A stretch of 64,000 nucleotides of DNA. Source: Okamejei kenojei (Eukaryota). This document shows positions 12,540 through 25,170 of this stretch, one piece after another. The DNA is taken from positions 44,702,001 to 44,766,000 of the forward strand of contig CM069146.1 in NCBI GenBank assembly GCA_035221665.1, written 5' to 3'. Within the stretch, counting starts at the first letter, position 1, and every line of letters begins with the position of its first letter. A program made the translations under genes and the position numbers. Under the pieces are notes generated by a model. It saw only the letters and a list, made by a program, of their open reading frames with translations, did not search any database and was not told where the DNA came from.

Positions 12540-13152
12540 TAAAAAAACAATCGCGTCTCTTTTTCATTGTGTGGGGGTGGGATGGGGGGGGGAGGTTTCA
12601 TTTTAAACAAAAATTGCAATTTTCATGTGGGCAGGAGTGGAGAGAGGGGAGCGTGAGGGTGTGGAGCCAGCAGGGGTAGAGGGAGAGGAGGGGGGTGGGG
12701 GGACGGCGGGGGTGGGGTTGGGGGAGAGGGGTTATGGAGGGACGGAGGAGAGGTCGACTGAGGATAGGGGGAAAGGAAAGGGAGGGAGGGGGTTCGTGAG
12801 GGGAGAGAGGGAAAAGAAGGTGAAGAGGGGGAGGAGGGAGTGCTGGGGATGAGGGGGAATGGAGGAGGATAGGGGTAGGAAGAGGGATGGTGGTGATGGA
12901 GGAGGGGAGGGGAGGGAGAGGAGTGGAGGGAGGGGTGATATTTTACAGGTTATTGCCATTTTCAACTTTAAAAAACGTCACTGTCGTGCCCCCACCTGCG
13001 CGGTTGGGGGAGGGTTTGCCGTGATTCTCTTCACAATAGGGATCTCTGGCGTCACAACAGGAACCCATCATCAGTGTCTGCGCAGTTGGGGGCTACGGGT
13101 CATTGGTGGAATATTGCCTTGGGGGACGCGCCCCGCGGGTACGCACATTTCT
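12540..13152 (+). mobile_element. Purine-rich non-autonomous element, possibly Helitron-derived
   Basis: G/A-rich low-complexity core (12625-12935) followed by a GC-rich terminal stem-like sequence (ggggacgcgccccgcgggt); the terminal CTAG is not preserved, so the class is uncertain. Confidence 0.3.
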
Positions 13153-13244
13153 TAAATTGCAAAAGCCAGAAAACATTTTTGATTCAAGCTTTGGATATCA
13201 GTGGAAAGGCACTGCAATTATAGGGCCTTGGTGAGGTTGCAGCT

Positions 13245-13610
13245 GCAATATTGATTTCTCTAAATTCAAATAACCCTTACATTTCCTCCCTCCCCCCTCC
13301 CCACTCCACCATAGTTGTACAAGTTCCACTGTTCGCATCCTTGTATCTTTTTGTTATCACGTCTTCCCCAGTTTAACAATGGGCCATTATGGGCTCCATC
13401 CTTCCTTGGTCATCTGTTGCCGTCCCTGCTTTGTTTTGGCCTTTTTTTCCCTCCAGTACCCTCCCCTTTACTCTCAGTCTGAAGAAGGGTCCTGACCCAA
13501 AACATCACCCATCCTTTTTCTCCAGAGATACTGCCTGACCCACTAAGCTACTCCAGCACTTTGTGCCTATCTTTGGTGTTTACCTACATCTACAGTTCCT
13601 TTCTGCACAC
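13245..13610 (+). mobile_element. Penelope-like element 3' end and pLTR
   Basis: NIDFSKFK* (end of the GIY-YIG ORF), pyrimidine tract, then CTGAAGAAGGGTCCTGACCCAAAACATC at 13479 (CpG-decayed hammerhead). Confidence 0.75.
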
Positions 13611-13956
13611 ATCCACAGGTCAGCTTGGCTTCCCATTATTCTTGACAGAGATTTGTCAAACCCACTCCAGGACTAGACCAAATATTCTGAGTTTAACAGT
13701 GTTAAAATGAAATAGTGCTGTGCGGATTCCAGATACTAAATAAGAGCTTGTGCTTCAAAAGTCACAAATAGATGAAGCAGCAACATAGAATTTCAGGAGG
13801 GTTAAGATTATTTCTGAATTCATCACAAAACAAAGTTACATCGAGCAAAGAGCTGGGGGGGAATGCCAACACTACAAGACTTCATCCTGGATAATTTACA
13901 AGCATGACAGAACTGTCCATTTAAAAAAAACACATTATTTTCAAGTTTGCAAATTA

Positions 13957-14268
13957 TTTAGTTTAGTCCGGAGATACAGCACAGAACCAGGCCCTTCGGC
14001 CCATCGAGTCAGCACCGACCAGCAATCACCCCATAGACTAGCACTATCCTACACACGAGGGACAATTTACTATCTTACTTACAGGCCAATTAACCTATAA
14101 ACTCGCGTGTCTTTGGAGTGTGGGAGGAAACCGGAGCACCCAGAGAAAACCCACATGGTCACACGGGGAACGTACAAACTCCATACAGACAGCACCCATA
14201 GTCAGGATTGAACCTGGGTCTCTGGCACTGTAAGGCAGCAACTCTACTGCTGTGCCACCGTGTTGCCC
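13957..14268 (-). mobile_element. Full-length tRNA-derived V-SINE (HE1-like)
   Basis: Minus strand: A box tggcacagcagtag, B box ggttcaatcc, V-domain gtgggttttctctgggtgctccggtttcctcccacac, CR1-derived tail ggccgaagggcctg...ctaaactaaa. Confidence 0.9.
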
Positions 14269-15169
14269 CTTCTCGTGATTCGCCCTTTCTTCTGGAGATT
14301 ATTTCAGGCACACAAGACCTGAACCTTGGTATACTCCATCATTTCACAAAAATGCATGAATTAATAGACACTCTCATTTCCTGACCCTGCATCTTGAGAC
14401 ACTGTCCTCTAATACATTAAGTGTAAAAGTAGGACACACCAATTGCAGCATCAAGATTACCAGACCATATATTATGCAAGGGGATCATTTGGCTTCACAA
14501 TGGCATTCATCTTCAAACTCTCTTCGATTTTATTCTCCTAACAATTAAAGCCACTTTGCAACCCATCTGTTCCCATTACACCGGCATCTAGCTGATCCCT
14601 GCTGCTACACTATTCATCATGGAAAACATGATTTCAACCACAGAGTTACAAATGTTACAAGTAGTGCCAATCGATATTCTGAACAACAAGCATTGAACCA
14701 TGTCCATTTTTCACAAGGAAGGTCTACTGTTGTTTCCTTGGCCTCCTGATGAGAAACAGCAAAGCCACTTAATTAATGTTTCTGTTGTTGAACTCAGAAA
14801 CAGATATTTACTACAAAATAGTTAAGGAAATTAATAATTTCAATAGACTCGGTGAAGATTCTTTCTGTGGGGAGTAAATAATAAGAACAGATTTACTGTT
14901 TTGATGCAGAATGATGAACCTAACTCCATTCTCAATTTAACGCTTTACAGAAACCAGGTCATTCTCCCAGAGTGTGTGCCATGTAACTGGTATCCATGAC
15001 CAAGCATTGACAGTACACCATTTTAATAGGCTATGGTGCAATGACACATGAGCCTTCACTGATCCAATACTCGCATGCATTTCTAGCTAACAACAATGGA
15101 TACAACTTATGAATAGTCCTAAAGATGAGAGCAGACTTGTTAGATATAAAAGTATCGGGTGATAAAACT

Positions 15170-15403
15170 GGGCGACATAGTAACGCAGCGTCAGAGACCT
15201 GGGTCCAATCCTCACTGCGGGTGCTGTCTGCACAGAGTTTGTACATTCTCCCCGTGATCTGCGTGGGTTTTCTCCAGGGGCTCCAGATGCCTTACACACT
15301 ACAAAGATGTGTAGGTTTGTTGGCCAATTGGCTTTGGTAAAATTGTCGGCGTGGACTCAGTGGGCCAAAGGGCCTGTTTCCATGGTGATTCCCTAAACTA
15401 AAA
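15170..15403 (+). mobile_element. V-SINE (HE1-like), internally deleted
   Basis: B box gggtccaatcc, V-domain, tail gggccaaagggcctgtttcc...ctaaactaaa. Confidence 0.85.
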
Positions 15404-15577
15404 AAGTCATTTTCCAGCCATTGTAATCAACATTATTTCAATGAATAGTTTAGTTATTAGCTTAACTTAATTGATGGTTAAACTATCACTTTGTTGATAG
15501 TTTAACTTAGTAGAGTTTAATGGTTTACAGATTAAGTGTACAGATTAACAGTTTTCAGTTTATGGTTAGCAGTATAT

Positions 15578-15850
15578 CTTAGTTTGGAGCTATAACGTAA
15601 AAACAGTTCCTTTGGCCCACCAGGTCCATGCCGACCAACGATTATCCATACATTACTCCTATCCTACACACGAAGGACAATTTACAGAAGCTAATTAAGC
15701 TACAAACTTGTACATCTTTGCAGCGTAGGTGGAAACCGGAGCACACAGACAAAAACCCACGTGATCACAGGGAGAGCGTGCAAACTGCACACAGACAGCA
15801 CCTGTAGTGAGGATTAAACCAGTGTCTCTGGCGTTGTGAGGCAGCAGTAA
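15578..15850 (-). mobile_element. V-SINE (HE1-like); degenerate (tttag)n-like tail region extends to ~15445
   Basis: ggaaaccggagcac V-domain complement; collinear with the 13957-14268 copy. Confidence 0.85.
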
Positions 15851-16715
15851 CACAAGTTACTTGTCAGTGATACCTTTGTCACAAGTATTTAAAATTATGC
15901 TGCTGTTATGTGTGCTAAAATGTATGCAGTTATAAGCTTGATACATTCAATAGAATTTGTCACAGAAAGTATGATGTCAAACATATTTTTATGATCTATC
16001 ACAGGGACATCTGAACAATGGAAACTCACAAATTTTCACAAAAACTGTGAGAAAGCAAAGGCCGTCTCTTCATGTCACAACCAAAATGCATTGAATGGAT
16101 CGAGCATCTGCAAGTGGGGCAGAAACTGCTGACTACTATTGGAACTGTGCTCTTTAAACCATGTCAATTGAATCTATTGCTCTTTGCATACAAGGTTACA
16201 CTCATTTAATATTATGAACTGATCATTACAGTCCGGTTGACCTGTATTTGTACACAGCACAAAATCCATGTGTCAAAATTCATTATTCAAGTTGGCATCG
16301 GTCCCTGGTGAAGAAGATTACTCATAATAATTCTCATCGAGAAGTTTCAAACATATTCACCTTTTTCAATCTTGATTTATATATAAATATAACTGGCATT
16401 CAGAAATAAAAGCTAGAACCTTTCCTCAGGTTATTGTAATATTTAAATAACCATACAAAGACAACAGGTTTGTAATAAGAGCTGCTTATTCCAGCAGTCT
16501 CCTGCTAGAACATCTGAGCAGCCAGTTGCCAACATCGGGATACTCATTCCTCGCTGTTGCTACACATCTGTTTCTGAGCTGATGGGTTTATTCTGAGTTT
16601 CTTTGATGCAATTAATACTTGCACGTTGTAAATGCAACACAAGCAGCAGGAAATATCACAAACTTTTATCCATCCTCTCTCCAAGAATGTTTTAAATGTG
16701 CAAACATGCACTTGT

Positions 16716-16812
16716 TAGAAGATGGGTCTCAACCTGAAACGTCAACCCATTCCTTCTCTCCAGAGATGCTGCCTGTCTCACTGAGTTACTCCAGTTTTGT
16801 GTGTCTATCTTC
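16716..16812 (+). mobile_element. Penelope-like pLTR remnant
   Basis: tagaagatgggtctcaacctgaaacgtcaacccattcc...gagttactccag. Confidence 0.75.
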
Positions 16813-16954
16813 ACTTTTGTTTAGATTGTTTGTTTTCAAGCAACAAATTCTTTCCCACTAAATTTATATTTATTACTTCAATGTAAAGAATCTTAGTGCA
16901 CACAGCAAGGCTGTGAAGTGCAGTAGATAGCCAAATATCATTGCCATCAAGAAG

Positions 16955-17520
16955 CAGAAAACGGTATGAACATTGCATTCTTCAATTTCAAGTAATACCA
17001 CCCTACCCCATTTCCCTTTTTATCCCCATCTCCGTCCCTCCCACCGATATCCTTCCCTCTAGCTTTACATTTCCCTCCTCTTCTCTCCTTATCTGACGCC
17101 CTTTTGTCTCCTTTATCATTGATTCCGCCTGTCATGGACTTCATCAACTTCACCACCAATTTTCTTCCTGCACTCAAATTTACTTGGACCATCTCCGACA
17201 CCTCAACCCCCCCCCCCCCCCCCCCCCCCCAACCTCCCACAGTCTCCATCACAAGAAATAGACTATTGACTGACGTCTATTACAACCCCACTGACTCCCA
17301 CCACTATCTCAGCTACATTTCTACCCATCCGACCAATTCCTCCTTTTACCCCGCATCTGCGCCCAAGATGAGGTGTTCCATACTAGAACATCCGAGATGT
17401 CCTCATTCTTTAGAGAATGGAGGTTCCACTCTCCCATCATAGATGAGGCCCCCCACTCGTGTTTCCTCGGTACCCCGTAGCTCCGCCCTTGCTCCCCCTC
17501 CCCCCGGTTGCAACAGAGAC
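16955..17520 (+). mobile_element. Penelope-like element fragments (GIY-YIG end plus RT C-terminal region)
   Basis: NGMNIAFFNFK*, then DFINFTTNFLPALKFTWTISDTS...VSITRNRLLTDVYYNPTDSHHYLSYISTHP, a PLE RT motif 6/7-thumb region. Confidence 0.85.
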
Positions 17521-17842
17521 AGAGACTAGGAGCTTTAAGGCCTCCTCAGTCATACATCTACAGATTATGTGATAAAAGGTCTTTACTTCTACTGGGATAC
17601 GTCAATAACAAATACAATGTTAATCTTTGCTTAACATTGACATACAGTTGTTGTTCAACAAGATACAGTATTCTTCAATATATAGAATTTCATCTGTGAT
17701 TTCCCTACTGTTACACAGATTTTAAAAATATCAATTCACCCTTTATTTAGAGAAAACAATTAATGTGTGTCATCTCAAATCAATACATTTTACAGCACTG
17801 TGCACCTCACTCGCACACAGTTTAAATATCTCAAAGAACATC

Positions 17843-17958
17843 AGCCTCCTTAAAGCGCATCCCTCCTGCAAACACTGCAGAAAAAGCACTCACATTTAAT
17901 TTGCAATGAGAGTGATTTTTATGCAGTGTTTGCAGGAGGGATGCGCTTTAAGGAGGCT
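17843..17958. repeat. Hairpin: 54-bp arms with 3 mismatches, 8-nt loop
   Basis: 17843-17896 versus the reverse complement of 17905-17958; the outer 37 bp are perfect. Confidence 0.95.
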
Positions 17959-18119
17959 TTGCAGCTAATTAAGAACATTTGCAGCTTATGAACTATTGTG
18001 ATGTTGAAGTTTCAGATATAAAAGTCAATAGACATGTAGGGCTAATCGAGGACTAAATAAAAATAATTCTGGTTGCACAAGGGGCCATAGCTGAAGTACT
18101 AACTTCTGACTTTTTTGGT

Positions 18120-18433
18120 TCCTTTTATTATCACTAGCGAGGTACAGTGAAAAGCTTTTGTTGCATGCCATCCAGTCAACGGAAAGACCATATATGATTA
18201 CAACTGAGCCATCCACAGTGTACAGATACGTGACCAAAGAGTATAATGTTTAGTGCCAGAGAAAGTCCAGTAAAGACCGATTAAAGGTAGTCCGAGTCTC
18301 TAATGAGATAGATGGTGGCTCAAGACTGCTGTCGACAACTAGAGAGTGGTCCTGATCTACCATCTACCTCATTGCGACACACAAACTATCTTTAATAGGA
18401 CTTTACCTTGCACTAAATGTTATTCTCTTTATC
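18120..18433. mobile_element. Non-LTR element 3' UTR fragments in head-to-head orientation
   Basis: gtaaagaccgattaaaggtagt...aatgagatagatggt (18270-18316) is mirrored by accatctacctcatt...actatctttaataggactttac (18359-18406). Confidence 0.6.
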
Positions 18434-19635
18434 AATTTAACAAAAGAGGAAGCTGAAAAAGCTGCAGTGAAGGGAGAAAAGTGCATTTCAATTGGATAGG
18501 ATTCAAATAGATAGAGGTAATTAAATAATTGGCAGTGGTCAAATTGGAACAGTCCATTCTTAAAGGGTGCAAAGTTACTGAATTCACTTCACTATGGAAA
18601 TAGCAGCAGCACAATTGTTCAAGCCTCTTTAGATATAGAAATATATCAGATGATGAAATTGCCAGAATCCTGTTCAAAAATGGGGGGAGAAGGATAAATC
18701 ATAACTGAAGCATCAGCAGGGAAGCTTCTAGATACACAAGAGCAATATTAATTGTCACTTGTAAAAACTATACTTTATATATAGCAGTCACTAGGAAGAG
18801 GTTAAAGGTAAATTATTTTACTAAATTGATTGAGTTATTTGATTAACTGGTAGATTGTAAGGCTTCACACAGGCTTCCAATAGCGCTTAGTAAATCACCA
18901 CATTATAGATTTCTTAACACAATTGAAGGCACTGGGATTTAAGGAACAATGGAGCTGAACACAATGTAGAAAGGAAAAGAAAAGAGTCATGGAGACACAA
19001 AAGACTGCATTAGCTGAAATCTGGGCAACACAAACCGCTGGAAGAACTCAGCAGGTCAAACAGTTTATTTGGAGGTGAATGAATAGTCGATTATTTAGGT
19101 TGATCACGATTTAATCCTGCATCAGGACTGAGAAAGAGAGAAACTAGCTAATATATAGAAGGATAGAGGGAGGCTGGTACGGAGATTGGTATACGATGGT
19201 TGGAACAAGATGAAGCAGGGATTATGGGCAGATGCAAGCAGGTTGGGGAAGGTAAAGCAAGGACTAAGGGATAAGAAACTCAAGTAGATTGTGGCTGATG
19301 AGAGAAGGGGTAGAAAAGGTGAACAAAAGGAGAGAGACCCTGGGTGGACTAGTGGTCTAGGAACAGTGTTACAGTGTGGGACGTCTGTCAGGATTCCGTT
19401 TGTTTCATCCTGCAGATGTGGAAAGCTCAACTGCTGCCAAGTGTCGGCTGTGGACCGGCAGGTTAGTGGGCTGGTTCCAGGACAATCTGACCCCATGTAT
19501 TTCTTGCACCTGCTCTTGCAATATTCCAGTGCCTGGATACAGGACTTCTATGTGTCATGTTCGGAAATAAATTCATTGGCTGAAAATCCATCAATGCCTT
19601 GAACAGAGAACTTGATCAACAGCAGTTTCTAAATG

Positions 19636-20040
19636 ACAATAGATAAAAAACAATAGGTGCAGGAGTAGGCCATTCAGCCCTTCGAGCCCACACCGCCAAT
19701 CACTGTGATCATTGCTGATCATCCACAATCAGTACCCCGTTCCTGCCTTGTCACCACATCCCTTGACTCTGCTAGCCTTAAGAGCTCTATCTAACTCTCT
19801 CTTGAAAGCATCCAGAGAATTGGCCTCCATTGCCTTCGGAGACAGAGAATTTCACAGAATCACAACTCTCTAGGTGAAAAAAATGTCCACATCTCCATTC
19901 TACATGGCCAACCCACTTATTCTTAAACTGTGGCCCCTGGTTCTGGACTCCCCAAACATCGAGAACATGTTTCCTGCCTCTAGCGTGTCCAATACCTTAA
20001 TAATCTTATTTCAATAAGATACTCTCTCATCCTTCTAACT
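19636..20040 (-). mobile_element. CR1 LINE 3' fragment
   Basis: Reverse complement of the CR1 3' region at 36384-36710. Confidence 0.9.
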
Positions 20041-20890
20041 GTAATGCAATCTCGTGGACATCCATTAACCTGAATCTGCAGTAGTTTCCACTTTAAAAAA
20101 AATCAATCATTTACGTTTAACAGTTCCACAAAAATTAATGTTGTCATACTCTGAATTAATTCACTACATCAAGTCTGCAAATTAGGCAAATCCCCACAAG
20201 TATTTCTAAGAAAACATTTGATCTGAAGTATTCAACATTTGTATCCATGTTCTATATAAATTATGACAAGCATATGCAAAAAAAAGTCATTTGTGTTCTA
20301 ATTATTCTATTATTTTACCTCTTTGGGAATTTAAACATGCCAGGAGCTATATTCAATTACATAGTAAAATTTTGTGAAGTTATGTGGAAGAAAACATATT
20401 ATTTTGCTGCAAGCTACAAAACCAATTCGACGCTTAGCAGATTAAACAAGACGTTATCTGAAGCAACAGCAGTTATGCTTACCTGGAGGTGTCTAGCCTC
20501 CGGATAGTGCCATGGATGGGAAATTTAGCTAATGTGGAAATTATGAAAAAAAAATGCAAATTGATGACTTGACGATGAAATTCATTTACAAAGTTATTTA
20601 TATTAAATAGGTTGAAGCACATTAAAAAAAATCTAATGAATCTCCAAATAATCCTTTCAACCACCTCATTTCAAAATGCAAAAAAGGTCATCACATCAAA
20701 AGGATGTAAAAATGGATCTCATTATTTCAATGCAAATATGTCAAACCTCGTTAACACGCGAAACTTGATTGAAACACCAGAATTCGAATTACCACTTTGT
20801 TTAAAAAATAAGCGGTTCATAAACTTGGTATTACAAGTTGTGCACAACTGTACAACTCAAGTCAGATATTTTAAATGATGTGCCAGAACC

Positions 20891-20980
20891 CTGAAGGGTC
20901 TCGACCCAAAACGTCACCCATTCCTTCTTTCCAGAGATGCTGCCTGACCCGCTGAGCTACTCCAGCATTGTGTGTCTACC
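20891..20980 (+). mobile_element. Penelope-like pLTR remnant
   Basis: ctgaagggtctcgacccaaaacgtcacccattcc...ctccagcattgtgtgtctacc. Confidence 0.8.
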
Positions 20981-21329
20981 GTAGAAATTTGTTAACAGCT
21001 GCTGGTGCTGAACTCTCATCAATATTTGTGACTCCATATTCCACCCTGCTTCCAAAAAAAAGGGTGTTTTTCTCTCCCCATTTTCCAGGTGTTAAGGACC
21101 AGTATTTCTGGTCCGTTACTAATTGCTCTTCAAAAGGTTGCTGTGAGCCGCCTTTCCCAGCTGTTGCAGTCCTTCTGGTGAAAGCACATCTATGTTTTTT
21201 TTTTAAGACAGCAAATTTGAGGATCTTGACCCAGCCATGAAGTAACAGACATATAGTTGCAATCAGGACGGTGTGCCTGTAATTGATGATGTTTCAATAT
21301 GCCTGCTGCCGGATCCTTTTTTCATGTTA

Positions 21330-21645
21330 TTGGTGCAGAATTAGGCATTTTGGCCAATCATGTCTATACCACCATTCAACCATGGTCGATCCATCTTTCC
21401 CTCTCTCCTGCCTTCTCCCATAATGACTGACACCCGTACTGATCAAGAATCTATCAATCTCTGCCTTAAAAATATCCTACTTGGCCTCCACAGCCTTCTG
21501 TGGCAACAAATTCACCACCTCTGACTAAATAAATTCCTTCTCATCTCCTCCCTAAAGGTACGTCCTTTTATTCTATGGCTATGTCCTCTGATTCTAGACT
21601 CTCCCACGAGTGGAATCATCCTCTCCACACCCACTCTACCCACGC
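21330..21645 (-). mobile_element. CR1 LINE 3' fragment
   Basis: ORF 21512..21706(-): ERMIPLVGESRIRGHSHRIKGRTFREEMRRNLFSQR. Confidence 0.9.
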
Positions 21646-21867
21646 CTCTTTGATGGCAGTTCCTACGGATTTGGGGGCTGTTGCTGGCAGGTCCAAGTAA
21701 CTGCAATATCTTTTATAGATGATGCCACAATATTTATAGATTAAGTCAACATTGGAGGGAATGAATGTTCAGGAGGGTTGCTGGGGTATCAATCAAACAG
21801 GCTGCCTTATGCTGGATCAGTTTAAACCTCATGAGTGCTATGGGAGCAGACAGGCAAGAAGAGAGCA

Positions 21868-22152
21868 TTCAATCAGAATTAAAGGATGTTCTTTTAGGAA
21901 GGAGATGAGGAGAAATTTATTTAGTCAGAGGGTCGTGAATCTGCAGAATTCTTTGCCACAGAAGGCTGTGGAGGCCAAGTCAGCGGATATTTTTAAGGCA
22001 GAGATAGATAGATTCTTGATTAGTACAGGGGTTATGGGGAGAAGGCAGGTGAATGGGGTTAGGAAGGGGAGATAGATCAGCCATGACTGAATGGCGGAGT
22101 AGACATGATGGACCAAATGGCCGCCTTCTACTCCTGTCACATACGACCTTAT
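21868..22152 (+). mobile_element. CR1 LINE 3' fragment
   Basis: RIKGCSFRKEMRRNLFSQRVVNLQNSLPQKAVEA plus the 3' UTR. Confidence 0.9.
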
Positions 22153-22194
22153 AATCACACTCCTGGCTTGAAACAGTGGGGGAGCGTCTGTCGA

Positions 22195-22295
22195 GACAAA
22201 GGTAAACAAAAATGCTGGAGAAACTCAGCGGGTGCAGCAGCATCTATGGAGCGAAGGAAATAGGCAATGTTTCAGGCCGAAACCCGTCTTCAGAC
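22195..22295 (-). mobile_element. Penelope-like pLTR remnant with intact hammerhead core (22266-22293)
   Basis: Minus strand CTGAAGA CGGGTTTCGGCCT GAAAC ATT. Confidence 0.8.
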
Positions 22296-24147
22296 AAAGG
22301 GATGGTTTCAGGTCAGGACCCACATCCCACCAAGCTCCTCAAGCAGTTTGTGTTTTGCTCCAGATTTCTTCTTCTGCCGTCGCTTGTACTTCTGGCTTCT
22401 GACTTGCAGATGGTGGAAGAGCCTTGAAGAATGAGTAGATGAATCACTCATTCCAAGGTACTGTGCCTCTAGCTTGCTTCTAGCTACAAGAGTAACTTGG
22501 CTGACCAGTTGAGTTCCTGGTCACTGCTGAACCCACCGCATCCCCTCAACAGATTGTTGATAGTGGAGACCTCAGCAGTGGCAATGCCACCAACTGTGAA
22601 GGTTAGAAACAAGGAACTGTAAGTGCTGGTTCATGAAGGCAGGGTGCTGGAGTAACTCAGCAGATCATACAGCACAGGAGAACATGGTTAGGTGGTATTT
22701 CAGGTTGGTCGCTTTGAATTTTTTTCTCAAATGCAGGAAGAAATCTTTTCAGTAAAGCATATTAGGCAATAGTTTATAAAGTGGGTTCCAGCCAGGGAAA
22801 GGGAAAAGTGCTCATAGGAGGGTAGTTGGTAGAGATGCAAGTAAATGTTACCAACATACCACCTTGAGCACCAGAAGCAGTTCCCAGAGGTATTGCAGCA
22901 GTATATTACAAGCATCTGCTATCTGCAATGGGAGCTACTGTTGAAATTATTGATTTTCATGGCCAGGTGTCTTCTAGCAAGTTTAGGTGTTGTCCCAGAA
23001 ACATGCGCTGGGCATCAGTGGAACATTGCTGACAGTCAAAAGCAGGAAAATCAAAATGGGAGTGGGACACAGAATAAAAGAGGTCAACAACCATATGCTC
23101 AGGGTCATGCCTGGCTTTAACTTTCTGACTCATGAGATGAGAATGCTGGCTCTGAGCAACAGCTGACACTATAAACAGGCGATAAACAAACCACAGCTAT
23201 AATCCAAAACACACCCAAAATAATTCCAAGACATCCATTTAAAATATTAAAAGACATGCCAACTTCACCATCTCAATATCTTTATCATGTCATTCAGAGC
23301 ATTCTGTATGCAGTCACTTTGTTTTTTTTATGACTTTGTTTTTTTTTAAATATACAGTCTTAATGAAGAAAGAAAAGACAATTGGTCAGAATAATGACTA
23401 AATTACTACAGATAATTTAGACTATCAATTTCTCCTTTAGCTTTTCAATTACCAAAGGACCTGACAGACTTCAGGACCTTCTAAGATCAAAAAGTTCTCC
23501 ACTTCAAACTAAATGTTGCCTATCCTTAAATCTTTTGCTTTACAACTATTTGAAGATGAAGAAACGTGCATTGTTTTTTTTGGCAACTCAACTTCGACCA
23601 AGTTTTAAAGATAATAATTACTTGAGATCAAAGATTATTTATATTTTTTTACAATCCGAATATATCACAAATGCTCAAAGGGTGTATGAGATAAATTGTG
23701 CAAATAGCATGCGTGATGTTTTTGAGTGAAATGTTGCTTTTTCTCTAGCGAGAGATATTGCATCAAGAACACATTGAGCTGCAGGGAATATTCCACTGGG
23801 TACCAAAACAACACGTCAGAATTGTGAATCACCCAAGAAATGACAGCTTCCACCAGAAGAAAAGCCACGGGGCAAAATAATATTAAAAGTAAATGTTATG
23901 AAGATAGAATTTAAATCATTGATCCAGCAATTTAGATGCAGAGCTGAATAAATAATAATGCATTTCGCCGTTAAAGTTATTCAAAGACCTTATATCCAAG
24001 TACACAGCTGACCAATAAAGAATAATTTACAGATGTTGATGAAGTTTATGGTCTGTGCCAGATTGCAAACTTACATGTTACACTGGCTCCTGGGAAACCA
24101 GAGTTTGCTCTGCTAGATATCACCCGTCCTTATTATTGAAATCAGTT

Positions 24148-25170
24148 CATAAGTGACAGGAGGAGATATAGGCCATTCGGCCCATCAAGTCTACTCCTCT
24201 ATTCAATCATGGTCGATCTATCTCTCCCTCCTGGTTTGGCCGAGGGGATTGAAGGCTTTGTGGCCAGGTTTGCAGATGATACGAAAATAGGTGGAGGGGC
24301 AGGGAGCGTAGAGAAAGCAGGGACTCTGCAGCAGGACTTGGACAGGTTGGGAGAGTGGGCAGAGAAGTGGCAGATGGAACATAGTGTCGCAAAGTGTGGA
24401 GTCATGCATTTTGGTAGTAGGAATAAAGGCGTAGTCTATTTTCTAAATGGGGAGAGAACCCAGAGTTCAGAGGTGCAAAGGGACATGGAACTGCTGGTGC
24501 AGGATTTCCAAAAAGTTAATCTGCAAATTTAATCGGTAGTAAAGAAGGCAAACGCAATGCTAGCATTTATTTCGAGACGGTTTGTATACAAAAACAGGGA
24601 TGTAATGCTGAGGCTCTATCAGGCGCTGGTCAAGCCGCATTTGGAATATTGAGAGCAATTTTGGGCACCGTATCTGAGGAAGGATGTGCTGGGAGGTTAA
24701 CAAGAATGATCCCTGGAATGAGTAGGTTAACATATGACGAGCATTTGAAGGAACTGGGCCTGTACTCACTGGAGCTTAGAAGAATGAAGTGGGACCTCAT
24801 TGAAATGTACAGCATAGTGAAAGGCTTGGTTAGAGTGGATGTGGAGAGGATGTTTTCACTAGGAGAGTCTAGGACTAGAGGTCGTAGCCTCAGAAATGAA
24901 GGACGTTCTTTTAGGAAGGCGATGAGGAGGAATTTCTTTAGTCAGAAGGTGGTGAATCTGCGGAATTCTTTGCCACAGGTTGTGGAGGCAGTCAGTGGAT
25001 ATATTTAAGGCATAGTTAGATAGATTCTTGATTAGTACAGGTGTCAGACGTTACAGGGAGAGGGCAGGAGAATAGGGTTAGGAGGGAGAGATAGATCAGC
25101 CATGATTGAATGGCAGAGTAGACTCGATGGGCCTAATGACCTAATTGTGCTCCTATCACATGATCTTATG
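24148..25170 (+). mobile_element. 5'-truncated CR1 LINE (RT from the FADD motif to the 3' end) preceded by an inverted copy of a CR1 3' tail (24148-24232)
   Basis: ARFADDTKIGG..LQQDLDRLGEWAEKWQM; 24148-24232 is the reverse complement of ~25080-25165. Confidence 0.9.

Noticed and set aside
14195-14268. Possible tRNA gene (A and B boxes)
   Set aside because: It is the head of a V-SINE, continuous with the V-domain and LINE-derived tail; no complete cloverleaf.
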